Shown here one piece after another: positions 36,702 through 49,100 of a DNA stretch of 64,000 nt. How positions within the stretch are numbered: position 1 is the stretch's first letter; each line of letters starts with the position of its first letter. A model generated the notes under the pieces. It worked only from the letters and a program-made list of their open reading frames with translations, searched no databases and had not been told where the DNA came from. The translations under genes were made by a program, and so were the position numbers. Source of the DNA: Rebecca billardiae RCC1528 (lineage: Eukaryota > Protista > Haptophyta). The DNA lies in the NCBI GenBank assembly GCA_965240325.2, contig OZ251224.1:3720001-3784000 (forward strand). Reading direction: 5' to 3'.

Positions 36702-38092
36702 CAAGGGAGTCAAGGGTGCCCGCGCCCCAGTGGCGCGCTCGGCGGATGTTGGGATACAGATTTTTGCCCGGCGCCCTGCGGCGGCGGCGGCGATGGCGTG
36801 CTCCGCTGGCGGGGCGAGCGCACGGGGCACGGCGCTGCGGGCGCGGATGTGCCCGCGAAGCCGGCGCGTGCGGACGGGCTGTTGCGGGAGAGTATCGGGC
36901 GCCCTCCTGCGACGCGCGACTTGCGCCACGCCTCTTTCGCCTCGGCTCAGAGCAGCGCGCACGCACGCGCCGCCTCAAGGCCAGCCTTGCCGCGCCGCAG
37001 CCGACCGCGCGCGCGCCGTGCGCGGCGTGGTCGGGAAGGAACGGGCGCTGCTGCCGGGCGAGATGGCGACGTCATGGGCGCACGCCATGCCGCCCCGCGG
37101 CGCCGCGAAAGAGCACGAGAACGGATCCGCACAGCTGTTGACGAGTGCTGATTTCTTGCCGTGCCTGAAGCCAGACCTGAGCTCGAAGAAGATGATGAAA
37201 GAGCATCAGCGCGAGGAAAGCGTCGCACCCAGCACTTCTACATGACCACGCGGTGATGAACATTCATGTAAGAGTAGCCCGCGTGCCCGTCTGGCACTGT
37301 TCTGTGTCTCAATGATCGTCCCGACAACGGTCACGACCGCGAGGCAGTGCACACCATTTGTGACAAGTCGAAAAGGCGTGCAAACGGACCGACGACACTC
37401 TCGTCAAGGCGTGGCGGGGCGGCATGGCGTGCGCCTATGACGTCGCCATCTCGCCCGGCAGCAGCGCCCGTTCCTTCCGGACCACGCCGCGCACGGCGCG
37501 CGCGCGGTCGGCTGCGGCGCGGCAAGGCTGGCCTTGAGGCGGCGCGTGCGTGCGCGCTGCTCTGAGCCGAGGCGAAAGAGGCGTGGCGCAAGTCGCGCGG
37601 CGCAGGAGGGCGCCAGATGCTCTCCCGCAACAGCCCGTCCGCACGCGCATTTGTGACAAGTCGAAAAGGCGTGCAAACGGACCGACGACACTCTCGTCAA
37701 GGCGTGGCGGGGCGGCATGGCGTGCGCCTATGACGTCGCCATCTCGCCCGGCAGCAGCGCCCGTTCCTTCCGGACCACGCCGCGCACGGCGCGCGCGCGG
37801 TCGGCTGCGGCGCGGCAAGGCTGGCCTTGAGGCGGCGCGTGCGTGCGCGCTGCTCTGAGCCGAGGCGAAAGAGGCGTGGCGCAAGTCGCGCGGCGCAGGA
37901 GGGCGCCAGATGCTCTCCCGCAACAGCCCGTCCGCACGCGCCGGCTTCGCGGGCACATCCGCGCCCGCAGCGCCGTGCCCCGTGCGCTCGCCCCGCCAGC
38001 GGAGCACGCCATCGCCGCCGCCGCCGCAGGGCCGCGGGCAAAAAGGATCCGCCGAGCGCGCCACTGGGGCGCGGGCACCCTTGACTCCCTTG
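36702..38092. mobile_element. Non-autonomous foldback DNA transposon with ~390-bp TIRs and 7-bp TSD (CAAGGGT)
   Basis: 36702-37098 is the near-exact reverse complement of 37707-38092; termini CAAGGGAGTC...GACTCCCTTG; CAAGGGT at 36695-36701 and 38093-38099. Confidence 0.85.
37355..37940. repeat. 293-bp direct tandem duplication inside the foldback element
   Basis: catttgtgacaagtcgaaaagg... starts at 37355 and 37648. Confidence 0.95.
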
Positions 38093-38169
38093 CAAGGGTG
38101 GTCACTGGTCAACCACTGGTGTGGCGAAGTCGCAGCCGGACCCTTCACTCCCCTGCTGGCCGGACAGCG

Positions 38170-40086
38170 ATGGCGGGCGGCGGCGCCGCACCGGCGGGCG
38201 TGCCGCCGCCTTCTGATCCGGGCGACCTGCGAGCCCTCCTCTCGCCTCTGCGCCCGCGCACGTTCTTCGAGCAGTACTACAACCGCCGCGTGCTGCACCT
38301 CCCCGCCACGAGCGAGCGCGGCTTCCTCGCCGCGCGCGTGTACCCCGGGTCCCCGGCGCGCTCGCTCGAGCCGTGGCTGCGCTCGGTGCACGCGCTGCAC
38401 GCGTGGCAGTCCGGCCGGGTGGAGGGCAAGGAGCGCGGCGAGGACGTGGACGTGCCGGAGAGCTTTGCCGCCTTCCGCGCGCGCCTCCGCCGCGGCTCGT
38501 CGTACGTCGCGCACATCCCGTCCGTGCACGCGCTCCGCGCGGCGAGCGCGCGTGCGCCGGGCAGCGCGCATGCGCGCGCGCTCGCGCGCTTCGCGCCGCT
38601 CGCGCGGCTGCGCCACCGGCTGGAGCGCGTGCTGCGCACGCCGATCAGCGCGAACGTGTACATCTCGGGGCCCTCCGCCGTCGCGCTCGCGCCGCACACC
38701 GACACGACCGACACGGTCGTCCTACAGTTGGACGGCACCAAGGCGTGGGCGCTGTGCGTGCCGCCGCTCTCGGCGCACATGCGCGGCGCGGTGCGCGGCG
38801 CGGGGTGGCGCGAGGCGGGGCTGAGCGACGCGGACGTCGCCGAGCTCAAGGAGACCGAGCTCGCGCGCGCGCACGGCTGCACCGCCCACCCGGACGAGGC
38901 GCTCGCGCCCGGCGGCGGTTACAACTGCCGGACTCTGACCCTCCGGACTTTTGAGCTGCTCTGGGTGCCCAAGGGCGTCGTGCACGCGGCGCGCGAGGCG
39001 GGCGGCGGGCGCAACGTCTCCGTGCACCTCACGCTCGGGCTGCAGCGCGCGGGGCAGCAGTACGCCGACTTTGTGCGCCGCGCGCTCGGCGCGCCCATCG
39101 TGCGCGCGCGCATGCACGAGCTCGGCGCGAGCGCGGACGCGCGCTGGCTGGCGGAGGGCGCGGCGGCGACGGCGCGAGCGCGGCCGGAGGCGGGCGCGGG
39201 GCAGCAGACCGAGCCGGCACCGAGCCGGCCGGACGGGGCGGTCGAGCCGGCGGGGAGCGCCGAGTTCTGGGCCGAGCTGCTCGAGGGCGCGCTCGACGAG
39301 CTCGTGGGGGGCGCCGAGGGTATCGTGTGGCGCCGGCCGTTCCCGTCGTGGGCTCTGGCGTGCGCGGAGGAGGAGGCGGCTGGGGCGGGGGCGGGGGCGG
39401 CTCTCGCGCGCGCCGCGCACGCGGCGCTCGACGCGGGTGCGCTGGACAGCTCGGCGCACAACGCGAGCGCGTGGTCGTACTGCGCGCCGGCGCGCGGCTC
39501 GGGTGCGCACAGCGCTCTGCGCACTCTCTTTGACGAAACACTGCGCCCCCAGCTCGAGGCGCGCGTGCTGCGCGCGGTGGGCCGGAGGGCGCGCGAGGGC
39601 GCGCGCGGGTACGGCCGAGCGCCGCTCGTCCGGGCGATGGCGGCGAGCGTGCTGCGCGCGGCAGGCTCGGCTGCGGCGTTCGAACACGCGGTGCACGCGA
39701 CGATGATCGCCCTCGCCCTCGCCCTCGACGAGGAGAACGGCGCCCTCGGCCCGGCCGGCGGCGTGGACGGCGGCGCGGCGCGCGCCCGCCCCGGCTGGGG
39801 CCAGCTGGGCGGCGCGGCTGCCACGGGCGTGGTCCTTGGCCTCGGCGCGGTGCTCGCGCTGATCGGCGCCCTCGAGGCGCTCCGGCGGCGGCGCGCGCGC
39901 GCGCAGACGGCCGCGGTGCGTCAGCTCCTGCGCGACTTCTACGCGCGCCGTGCCCCGGACCGCCTCGCCGACGCGTGCGCCCTCGAGCGAGCCGTGCGCG
40001 CGGCGAGCGCGGTCGGGCTGCGCGCGACGCGGCGCATGCTCGAGGACAAGTATGGCGCCGCGCCACCGCCGGCGGCGGAGTCGTAG
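38170..40086 (+). CDS. JmjC/cupin 2OG-Fe(II) oxygenase (ROXA/NO66/MINA-like) with C-terminal TM and small helical domain
   Basis: LLSPL..TFFEQYY, ANVYIS..LAPHTDTTDTVVLQLDGTKAW, LLWVPKGVVH..SVHLTLG; TM GVVLGLGAVLALIGAL; LRDFYARRAPDRL..LEDKYG. Confidence 0.85.
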   Translation: MAGGGAAPAGVPPPSDPGDLRALLSPLRPRTFFEQYYNRRVLHLPATSERGFLAARVYPGSPARSLEPWLRSVHALHAWQSGRVEGKERGEDVDVPESFAAFRARLRRGSSYVAHIPSVHALRAASARAPGSAHARALARFAPLARLRHRLERVLRTPISANVYISGPSAVALAPHTDTTDTVVLQLDGTKAWALCVPPLSAHMRGAVRGAGWREAGLSDADVAELKETELARAHGCTAHPDEALAPGGGYNCRTLTLRTFELLWVPKGVVHAAREAGGGRNVSVHLTLGLQRAGQQYADFVRRALGAPIVRARMHELGASADARWLAEGAAATARARPEAGAGQQTEPAPSRPDGAVEPAGSAEFWAELLEGALDELVGGAEGIVWRRPFPSWALACAEEEAAGAGAGAALARAAHAALDAGALDSSAHNASAWSYCAPARGSGAHSALRTLFDETLRPQLEARVLRAVGRRAREGARGYGRAPLVRAMAASVLRAAGSAAAFEHAVHATMIALALALDEENGALGPAGGVDGGAARARPGWGQLGGAAATGVVLGLGAVLALIGALEALRRRRARAQTAAVRQLLRDFYARRAPDRLADACALERAVRAASAVGLRATRRMLEDKYGAAPPPAAES

Positions 40087-40444
40087 GTAGGCTGTGCACG
40101 GCCGGCGCATTGGTGACCCGCGCCACGCGGCCACGGCCCCAAAATCATGATGAGACATGACTGGGCTGGGGAGTGCGAATCCCGTCTCGCGCTCGTCAGT
40201 CACCGTCGTGCCACCCAGCGATGACGAGGCCCACAGCCACGCGCTTGATGACCACGACAATGACGAGCGATGACGAGATTGATTTTGTTTTTAATTGGAA
40301 GCTAGCTAGAATTCGTTTTTCATCATCCCGACGCACGCGTGCGTGCGTGACGATGGAAAACAAATAAAGGAAAAAGGGCGAGTCGTAAGTCGTTAGGCGA
40401 ACGGACGATGGCCGCGCGTTGAGGACCTGCGGAGTGTGGGCGCC

Positions 40445-41978
40445 ATGAACGACCGCCGGCGTGCCGAGCGCACGGGGCCCATCCGCTTCCGCACGACCTT
40501 TCGGAACGTGGTCCTCGACGTCCTCCGCGCGCGTAACTGGCGCGAGACCGAGTCGGACACCGACTGGGATGTCGCCTGGATCGACACGGGCTGGATCCGC
40601 GAGTTCTTTGACGGGATGCACCTCGAGGACCACCAGGTGATCAACCACTTCCGCAACCACTACGAGCTCACGCGGAAGGACCTGCTGATCAAGAACCTCA
40701 AGCGCATGCAGCGCGCGCTCGTGCGCGAGGGCCTGGCCGCCGAGGCCGCGCGGTACGACTTCTTCCCGCAGACGTACGTGCTGCCCGCAGACTATGGGCT
40801 GTTCGTCGAGGAGTTCAAGCAGCACCCGGGCGCGTTCTGGATCATGAAGCCGATCGGCAAGGCGCAGGGCAAGGGGATCTTCCTCTTCAACAAGCTCAGC
40901 CAGATCAGCGACTGGAAGAAGGACTCGCGCTGGAAGCCTAACCTCGACGGGCAGCAGGTGCGGCGCGCGCATTCGACTGAGCGGCGGCGCGCGGCGTACG
41001 CGGGCCGACTCCCGCGCCGGGCCGCTCACCGCGCGCGCGCCGCCCGCGTGCGCGCCGCCCTCGCGCAGCCGCAGGCGCCGCAGGCGGAGACGTACGTCGT
41101 GCAGAAGTACCTCGAGAACCCGCTCCTCATCGGCGGCAAGAAGTTCGACCTGCGCATCTACGCTCTCGTCACCTCCTACTCGCCGCTCACGGTGTGCGCG
41201 CGCGCGCGCCGCGCCGCGCCGAGGCCAGGCGCGCGCGAAGGCCGAGCGCGAGGGGGCGCGCGCCCCGCGCCGCCCGGCCCCGCGCTCGCTCATCCGCGCA
41301 CGCGCGGCGGCGTGGCCGTCGTGCCGCCGACGACCGGCGCAGGTGTACCTGTACAGGTCAGGCTTTGCGCGGTTCTCGAGCTCGCGCTACCAGATCACAA
41401 AGTCGACGCTCGGCGACAACTTTGTCCACCTCACCAACGCGGCGATCCAGAAGACGGCGGCGGGGTACGACAAGGAGGTCGGATGCAAGTGGCCGCTGCG
41501 CAACCTCAAGCTGCACCTGATCAGCCAGTTCGGCGCCGACGCGATCGACGAGCTGTTCTTCTCGATCCAGCAGATCGTGACGCACTCGCTGCTCGCCGTG
41601 CAGAAGGTGATCATCAACGACAAGCACTGCTTCGAGCTGTACGGGTACGACATCATGATCGACGACAACCTCAAGCCGTGGCTCATCGAGGTGAACGCGT
41701 CGCCGTCCATCACCGCCGACTCGCAGGCGGACTACGACCTCAAGTACGGCGTGCTCGACGACATCTACACCATCCTCGACCCGGAGGGCCTGCTGGACGA
41801 CGAGCTGTACGAGCAGGTGGGCGGCTTCGACCTCATCTATCACAACGGGCCGGTGAGCAAGCTCGACAGACACAACCAGCAATACACGAGCATGCTTGGC
41901 TGCTTCGACGACCGTGCGCGCAATCTGAAGAAGCTCTTCAAGCAACACAGCAAAGCGCGGGCTGGTGTGTCCTCATAG
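40445..41978 (+). CDS. TTLL9: Tubulin polyglutamylase, TTLL9-like; introns ~40958-41068, 41192-41342
   Basis: INHFRNHYELTRKDLL, WIMKPIGKAQGKGIFL, KFDLRIY, HLTNAAIQK, CFELYGYDIMID..PWLIEVNASPS, QVGGFDL. Confidence 0.9.
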
Positions 41979-43176
41979 GTCATATAGGTCATAGGTCGCA
42001 GGCGGGCCAGACGGGTCTGCGACGGCGGACAGGCTGAATGCTCACAGCTTAGCAGCCGATCGAGTGATGCGCAGCCGCGTGTGAAACTTCCTCAAGCAGT
42101 CACTCTCGCGTTACTCGTGTGCGAGTCGTGATGATGATCGTCCGACTCTCCGCGAGGCAGGCACTGAGTACAGATGTTACAGTCGTCGTAGTCTACACTG
42201 CTCTACAGAGTAACAGCTTCAGAGAGTAGCAGCCATAAGTAGCAGGCAGTGCGGGCCATAACTGCTATACGGCATACTGCTATAAGTTACTGTCATCAGT
42301 CAGTGGCTGAATAATTTCTATAGTTACTCAGTACCGTGTTACTGACGACACAGATGTCTGTGAGATGACAGAGACAGAGTGAGAGTGACTGACAGGCAAG
42401 GCAGTAAGTGCGTACCGTGTCCGTGACAGTGACTGGCAAGGGCCGTACGTACGGTACTAGGCCGGGAAGGTCGGCGGGCGCTTCCCCCCGTGCGGTTACG
42501 AGCGACGCACCGAGAAACGTCCGCGCAGTCGGCAGTCTGAGGGCTGGGGCGGCTGGAATTTACAGGTAACACGTGCATATGTGTGGGCCCGCCACCTGAT
42601 TAGATCGAGACCCTGAATTTGATGGGCTTCTCTGTACCCAAGCTACCCTTGATGAGCATACGCGGTCTCCAGCCCTCCGGAGCCAATCGACATAAATCCA
42701 TCACAAATAGCATGCTTTCTGAATCGTGAGCATCAGTCCTCTCATCAGTGCCATTGCAACAAGCTAAAGATGCGCCAAGGTTCACACAGATTCACAGGGA
42801 TTCTCGCTCCAAACGACCTCTCGCGCGTTCATGAGAATCAGTAGCTACTGTCTGCGGGCCTGAATAGAGTTTTAGGTCTGATGATTGGTCTGCAGGCGTG
42901 CGCGCGCGCGCTTAAGCCGCACTCGCTGAATTCACTATCTATAACTCTACAGTACTAATAATTTACCCTTAGTTCATAATAACGGGCTCTACTGCGCTCA
43001 TCAGATTCATCCAGGCGGAAGGTACCGTACTTGTAGATTGCGCGCCCGACGGGTGCGGACGAGCGGTAAGACTTTGTGGTCTCGCACCGTGCTCGGTCGG
43101 CGACCTGTACCTTCTGCGGGCGTCGTGCCGCCCACACCCCTGCCCAGCAAGGAATCGGAGAACTGCCCCGGGCGCA

Positions 43177-46100
43177 ATGCTCGGCAGTGGTGTCTCGCCG
43201 CGCAGAGCCGGAGCGCCGGCCGACGGCGGCGCGGACGAAGCAGGCCGCGCATCCATCGCGCCCAGCCGGAAGGGCCTGGCTGGGCGGGCTGAGCGACTTG
43301 TCGACAGCGGGCGGGCCATCACGACGAGGCTCGCGGAGAGCGCGGCTGCAGCGCGCGAATCGAAGCACCAGGTCGAGCTGCGTGGCCCGCAGCCCGCGAA
43401 GGTCAAGGGCATCCTCAAGTCCGGCCACGACCGCAGAAGGAAGGACGAACGCGTCAAGTGGCGCACCGTGCTCGCGGGCGAGGAGGCCAACGTGCAGGAC
43501 GACCGCATCAAGCAGGCTCAGGACGTGGAGGAGCGCGAGCGGCGGGCGAGGCTGCTCAACATTGCCAAGCTCGCGCGGCTGCCCACGCTGACGATCGAGG
43601 AGCTGATGATTCCGCTGCGCCTCGCGTTCCCCGAGCTTATCGTGAACAGCCCCGTCGCGATGATCCTCGACATCATCAGCGACTCGTTCGAGCTCTGCTG
43701 GATTGTCAAGACGATCCGCGAGCAGCCGACGCTGGAGGAGGTGCGCAAGATGGATGAGGAGCAGAGCGGGAGCAAGGCGGGCGACGAGCAGTCAAAGATC
43801 GAGCTTTACACCGCCGCGCACGCCGTGCGCGACATTGGCACGGTCCTCTCGCTGCACTTCTCGCGCGGCATCTACATCATCTCGGGCGACGACACGCTGT
43901 GGACGCTCGTGCAGGTGGTGCGCACGGTGCGCGTGCGCGAGCTCGTGGGGTACGTGCAGCAGATCAACAACGACCTGACCACGAACGTCAAGTTCCTCGC
44001 CGTGTACAAGTTCTCGCTCGTGCTCATCTCCGTGCCGCACTGGGTGCGCGCGCGCGCGGCCTGCGCGCGCGCGGCCTGCGACGCGGCACCGCGGCACCGC
44101 CCCGGCACCGCGGCGCGCGACACCCAGCGACCTCTCTGACCGAGCCCTGCCCCGCGCGCGTGGCTGTGCGCGTGCGCCTCGCAGGTGGCGTGCATCTGGT
44201 GGGCCCTCGCCGCGCGCTGGGGCCGCGAGGTGCTCGCGCTGCCGTCATGGCCCGCGCAGGTCCCGCTGCTCACGAGCAACCGGGACCTCAACGCCGCTCA
44301 GATGAGCGACGTCGACAACTACATCATGTCGCTGTACATGGCGTGGATGGGCCTCACGTCGATGGGCTACGGTGCGCGCGGCAGCGATCCGGTCCCCACG
44401 CGTGCGCGCTGCTGCTCGCCGCGCCGCGGCCGCGTGCTCACGTGCGCGCCGCCTCGCGCCCGGCATCGCGCGGCCGTGCACGCGCCCGCCTCCAGGCACG
44501 CTCGTGCTGACGATCCAGCAGGAGGTGATCTTCGCGGCGTTCGTGGCGATGCTGCAGATGGTCTTCTACGCGTTCGTGCTCGGTACCCTCTTCCACTACC
44601 TCGTGCGCACCGACGAGAACACCGTGCACTACAACGAGCTGATGAAGGCGGTGGACGAGTACGTGAGCCACCGCAAGTTGCCCAAGGAGCTCGCCGCCAA
44701 GATCCGCGCGCACTACGCCTTCCAGCACCGCAAGCAGGCGGCGGGCACGGAGCGCATCTTCGGGCAGATGCCGCTGTCGATGCGCACCGAGGTCGCCGTC
44801 TCGCAGCACAGCCGCCAGATGCACGCCACGTGGGTGTTCTGGGCGTGCACGCCGCAGTTCCTCAGCTACGTCGCGCTCTACCTGCGCGAGCGCTTCATGA
44901 TGGTGCGTGCCGCGCGCGCCGCGCGCGCCGTGCGGCTTGCTTCAAGGCGCACCGCGGCCGCGGCTGGCGCGCGCGCGGCGTGCTCACCACACCGCCCCAC
45001 ATCATCGCGCGCGCGCGCCGCCTCGCGACTGCGCAGCCAAGCGAGACCCTCTTCAAGCGCGGCGACGGCGCGGCCGAGCTCCTCTGGTGCGTCGGCGGCT
45101 CGCTGCACGTCGGCAAGGGCGATCAGCACATCACGACGATCCGCTCCGACCTCGGGCCGGGCCAGATCGTGGGCGAGGTCGCGTTCTTCATCGGCATCCA
45201 GCAGCAGTACTCGGTCGTCGCCTCCTCCAAGGGCGAGGTGACGCTGATCGTGCTCACGAGCTCCGCCTTCGAAGAGATCATCGCTTCACACCCCGAGCAG
45301 ACAGACCAGATCACGCAGAACCTGCTGCGCAAGTACGGCCTCGACAAGAACGGCGCCGACCTCACCTCGGGCGGGTTCAACGAGCAGATGGACGAGGACG
45401 AGCAGCGCGAGTACGAGGCGCTTCGCTCGACCATCCGCGCCGCCATCCTCGAGCGCAACGAGGAGCTTTTCGCGCAGATGTCGACGGCGGTGCACTACGG
45501 CGACGTCGAGACGGTGCGCGCGCTCACGGCGCGCGGCTTCGACCTGGGCGCGGGCTCGTACGACATGCGCACGCCGCTCCACCTCGCCTCGATGGAGGGC
45601 CACCGCACGGTCGTGAAGGTGCTGTGCGAGCTCGGCGCCGAGGTGAACACGGTCGACCGCTTCGGCTCGACGCCCATCAAGAACGCGGTCGAGGGGAAGC
45701 ACGGCGCGGTCGCGGACGAGCTGTCGCGCTTCGGCGCGCGGCTCTCGCTGGTCCACCCGGCAGCGAGGCTGCACGCCGCGGCTAAGGCAGGCGACATGCA
45801 CACGATGACGATGCTCGTCGCGCACGGCGTCGACATCAACTCGGTCAACTACGACGGGCGCACCGCGCTGCATGTGTCCTCCTCGGAGGGCAACGCGCGC
45901 GTCTCCGAGTACCTCATCTCCAACATGGCCGACGTGCACGCACGCGACCGCTGGGAGCACTCGCCGCTCGACGACGCGATCGACAATGACAACCCGCTCG
46001 TCGCGCAGATGCTGGTGCGCTCGTCGGCGATGCCGGACATCAAGACGCTGGCCGAGCTGCTGCGAGCATCGGCCGCTGCCGGCGACGCCAATCGCCTCAA

Positions 46101-49100
46101 GTTCCTCCTGTCGTTGGGCGTCGACATCGACGCGGCCGACTACGACGATCGGACTGCGCTGCACTACGCGGTGCGCTCGGGCTCGGTCTCGTCGACGCAC
46201 TCACTCGTGTGCGCGCTCGCGGACGTCAACCTGACTGACCGCTGGCTGCGCCCGCCGCTGCTCGACGCGCTCGAGGTGAGCCCGAGGCTCGCGTCCGTGC
46301 TGCTCCAGGCGGGCGCGCGCGTGCCGGACAGCCACAAGGACGACCCGGAGATCACGGCCAAGGTGCGCGCGGCCGAGGCGTCGGACCTGTACGACGTGAA
46401 CCGCGCGATCAGCGACATGTCCAAGCAGCGCGAGAAGCTGAACGGCGAGCAGCGGAACAAGTCGCGCGAGGTCGAGGTCGCCATCACGGGGCTGGCGGAG
46501 GAGCTGAGCGCGCTCATGCGCGCGCAGCGCGGCCTCTTCCGCCAGGTCTCCAAGCACGCCGACATCTGGATCGCCGAGTACGGCGAGGAGGGCGACTCGG
46601 ACACCGACTCCGACATGGACCCCGAGGACGTGAACCACGACGATGTGGACGACGGCGACGACGAGGAGCACGCTTCGTTCTCGCATGGCGCACGCGCGAC
46701 GTCGAAGCAGTTCATCAAGCTCGTGCTGCAGCTGCCGAAGGCGGAGGCCGGGCTCATCGAGCTGCGCGATCTCTTCTCCAAGCGGATGTCGCCCGACGCG
46801 TTCAAGGGGCTGTCGCCATCGGAGCGCAGCCTCCTCGAGGATTCGGAGCTGTACAGCATGCTCAAAGAGGAGCTCGACATCCAGCCCGATGAGGCAGATC
46901 GCATCGTCGACGACATCTACGCCGAGCTCAAGGCGTACCTTGGCGACGTCGCGCCCGCGCCGCCCGAGCGGCTGCGCACCGACGCTGTCCACAAGATGAA
47001 CGGCTTCCAGCCAGTCGAGGAGGCAGACGAGCGCAGCCCTGCCGAGGCCGAGGGCGCCGCCGTGCCGGGCATCGCGATCGTCGGCGCGACGCCCGACACG
47101 AGCGCTCGCCACGGTGGGGGCTCGGACCGCGTGCGCGCCATGATCCGCCGGGGCTCAGGCACCGGCGCGACGCTGCTCGACCTCTCCAAGCACCTCAACG
47201 ACCAGCAGAGCAGGAGCAGCCCGCCATCGCGCCGCCGCGCGGGCGCTCGACCGTCTCTTCGTGCGCTGGGGCGCAATGCCGCGCCGACGAGCTCCGAAGC
47301 GGCCGACATCGACCCCGTCTTTCTCTCGGACCTTGGCCACGTCGTCCTCTTCTGCTCGCAGCGCTTCATCACAGTGCTGAACGAGCGGTTCGAGTCGACC
47401 GTCCAGCCGGTGCCAGGCACGCCGCACCTGGGCAAGGAGGCGGACGGGGCGCGTGCGGGCACCGACGAGCAGGACAGCCCGGCAGACTGGCTCGGGTCCA
47501 GCCGCAGCCCTTCCAACCGCAACAGGCTCTCGCGGGGCATGCAGCAGGGCATGCAGAACATCATGCGCCTCAGCACGAGCAACGTGGAGTCGCGCGGGTC
47601 GGCGCAGGATGGCGCGCCCGAGGCGCAGCCCGCCACGCCGTACGCCGACGTGGGCCGTGCCTCGTCTGTGATCATGAGCCTCTTCAAGGTCTTCGACACG
47701 GAGCGCCGCGGCAGCATTCGCCTGCGCGACGTGAAGCGGCTGCAGGGCGAGCTGGGCGAGATGGGCTCGCACGAGATCAAGTCGCTGCTGGCGTACCTGA
47801 TGGGCGCGTCGAGCACGCTGCGCGTGACGGCTGAGAGCGAGGAGGACGACGGCACGCCGACCCCGTTCGGCGGCCGCCGCGCCGGAGCGGCGCCCAACGC
47901 CGCGCTCGCGGCGCCCGACGCCGCGCTCGACGCCGAGCTGCGCCGGCGCACGGCCTCTCCGACGCGCCGCTCGCAGCGCATCTCCCTGAGCCTGCACCGT
48001 GGTGGCGACGCGGATGCGAGTGCGAGCGCTGAGTCGAAGGCGGCTAATGTCGCACCGTCGGGCGAGGTGAGCAAGCTCTTGCAGGCGGCGCCCGCTGGCG
48101 AGGACGAGACGGTCACACAGACGTGCAGCAGCAACTCCTCCAGCTCCTCCTCCGATGGGAACGCGCCGTCGAAGCCCGAGCCGGCCGCCGCCGCCGGCGC
48201 CGGAGGTGCCCCCGCGCCAGGCACGAACGGCGGCGCCGCCGCCGCAGCGGGGCTCGGCACGGAGGCGGGTGGCGACGCCGACGCGCAGTCGCGCATGGCG
48301 CGCGAGCGCAAGCCGCAGTCCATGTCGGCCGCGCAGTTCTTCGTCGGCGTCTCCTCCTGGATCCTACTCTCGGTCGCGGACGAGCTGCCGGATGCGGAGG
48401 CCGCCCGCGACGGCGCGCTCGTGCCAAAGCTCGGCAGGCACGAGCAGGACACGGGCGCCAACTCGTTTGTGGCTAAGGCAGCGCTCGCGTCGAACGCCAA
48501 GGCGGCGAAGGCGGAGGCGGCGGCGAAAGAGGCGCGCGAGAAGGCGATCGCGCGCGAGCTCGACGCCGCGCTCAGCTCGGTCGCGGCGTGCGTGCTGCTC
48601 GCGGACAACCTGCAGCAGCGGATCGACACCGGCCGCATCGGCGCGAACGACGCGGCCGAGCCCGCTGTGCTGCTCAAGGCAGTGCTCCACTCCGTGGTCA
48701 TCCCAGAGGGCACGTCCGAGCGCCACCTCGCCGAGTGGGCGGAAGCCCATCTCGAGATCACGTTTGCGAGCGCGTCCGACGCGATCCGTCCGGTCGAGGA
48801 CGATCCGGCGAGCGCGCGCGCCGAGCGGGACAGCGGCGCCGAGCGGCAGCACGCGGAGCAGCACAAGCCGGTGCTCGCCGAGGCTGACGCTGGCGAGGAG
48901 CTGCCCGCCTCGTGGAAGGAGCTGACGAACAAGCTGCGCGAGCGCGGGACGGTGCTGCGCGACGAGGCGGGCGAGACCCTCAACACGCAGGCGGGCAAGA
49001 AGGGCCCGATCACAGCCGTCCTCGAGGCCTTCGGCGTCGGCTCGGCGGCGGTCGTGCCGGTGAGCGACGACAAGTATGGCGACACGGCGAACGAGGGCGG

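Noticed and set aside
37843-38169. N-terminal extension of the JmjC ORF
   Set aside because: Starts at GTG inside the transposon TIR; first ATG is 38170.
42540-42900. Low-GC patch as snoRNA cluster or organellar insertion
   Set aside because: No convincing paired C/D boxes and no recognisable organellar gene.
44372-45036. ORF-track read-through in the 2197-aa ORF
   Set aside because: Two introns flank an exon in another frame that encodes S6 and the C-linker; the read-through is coincidental.
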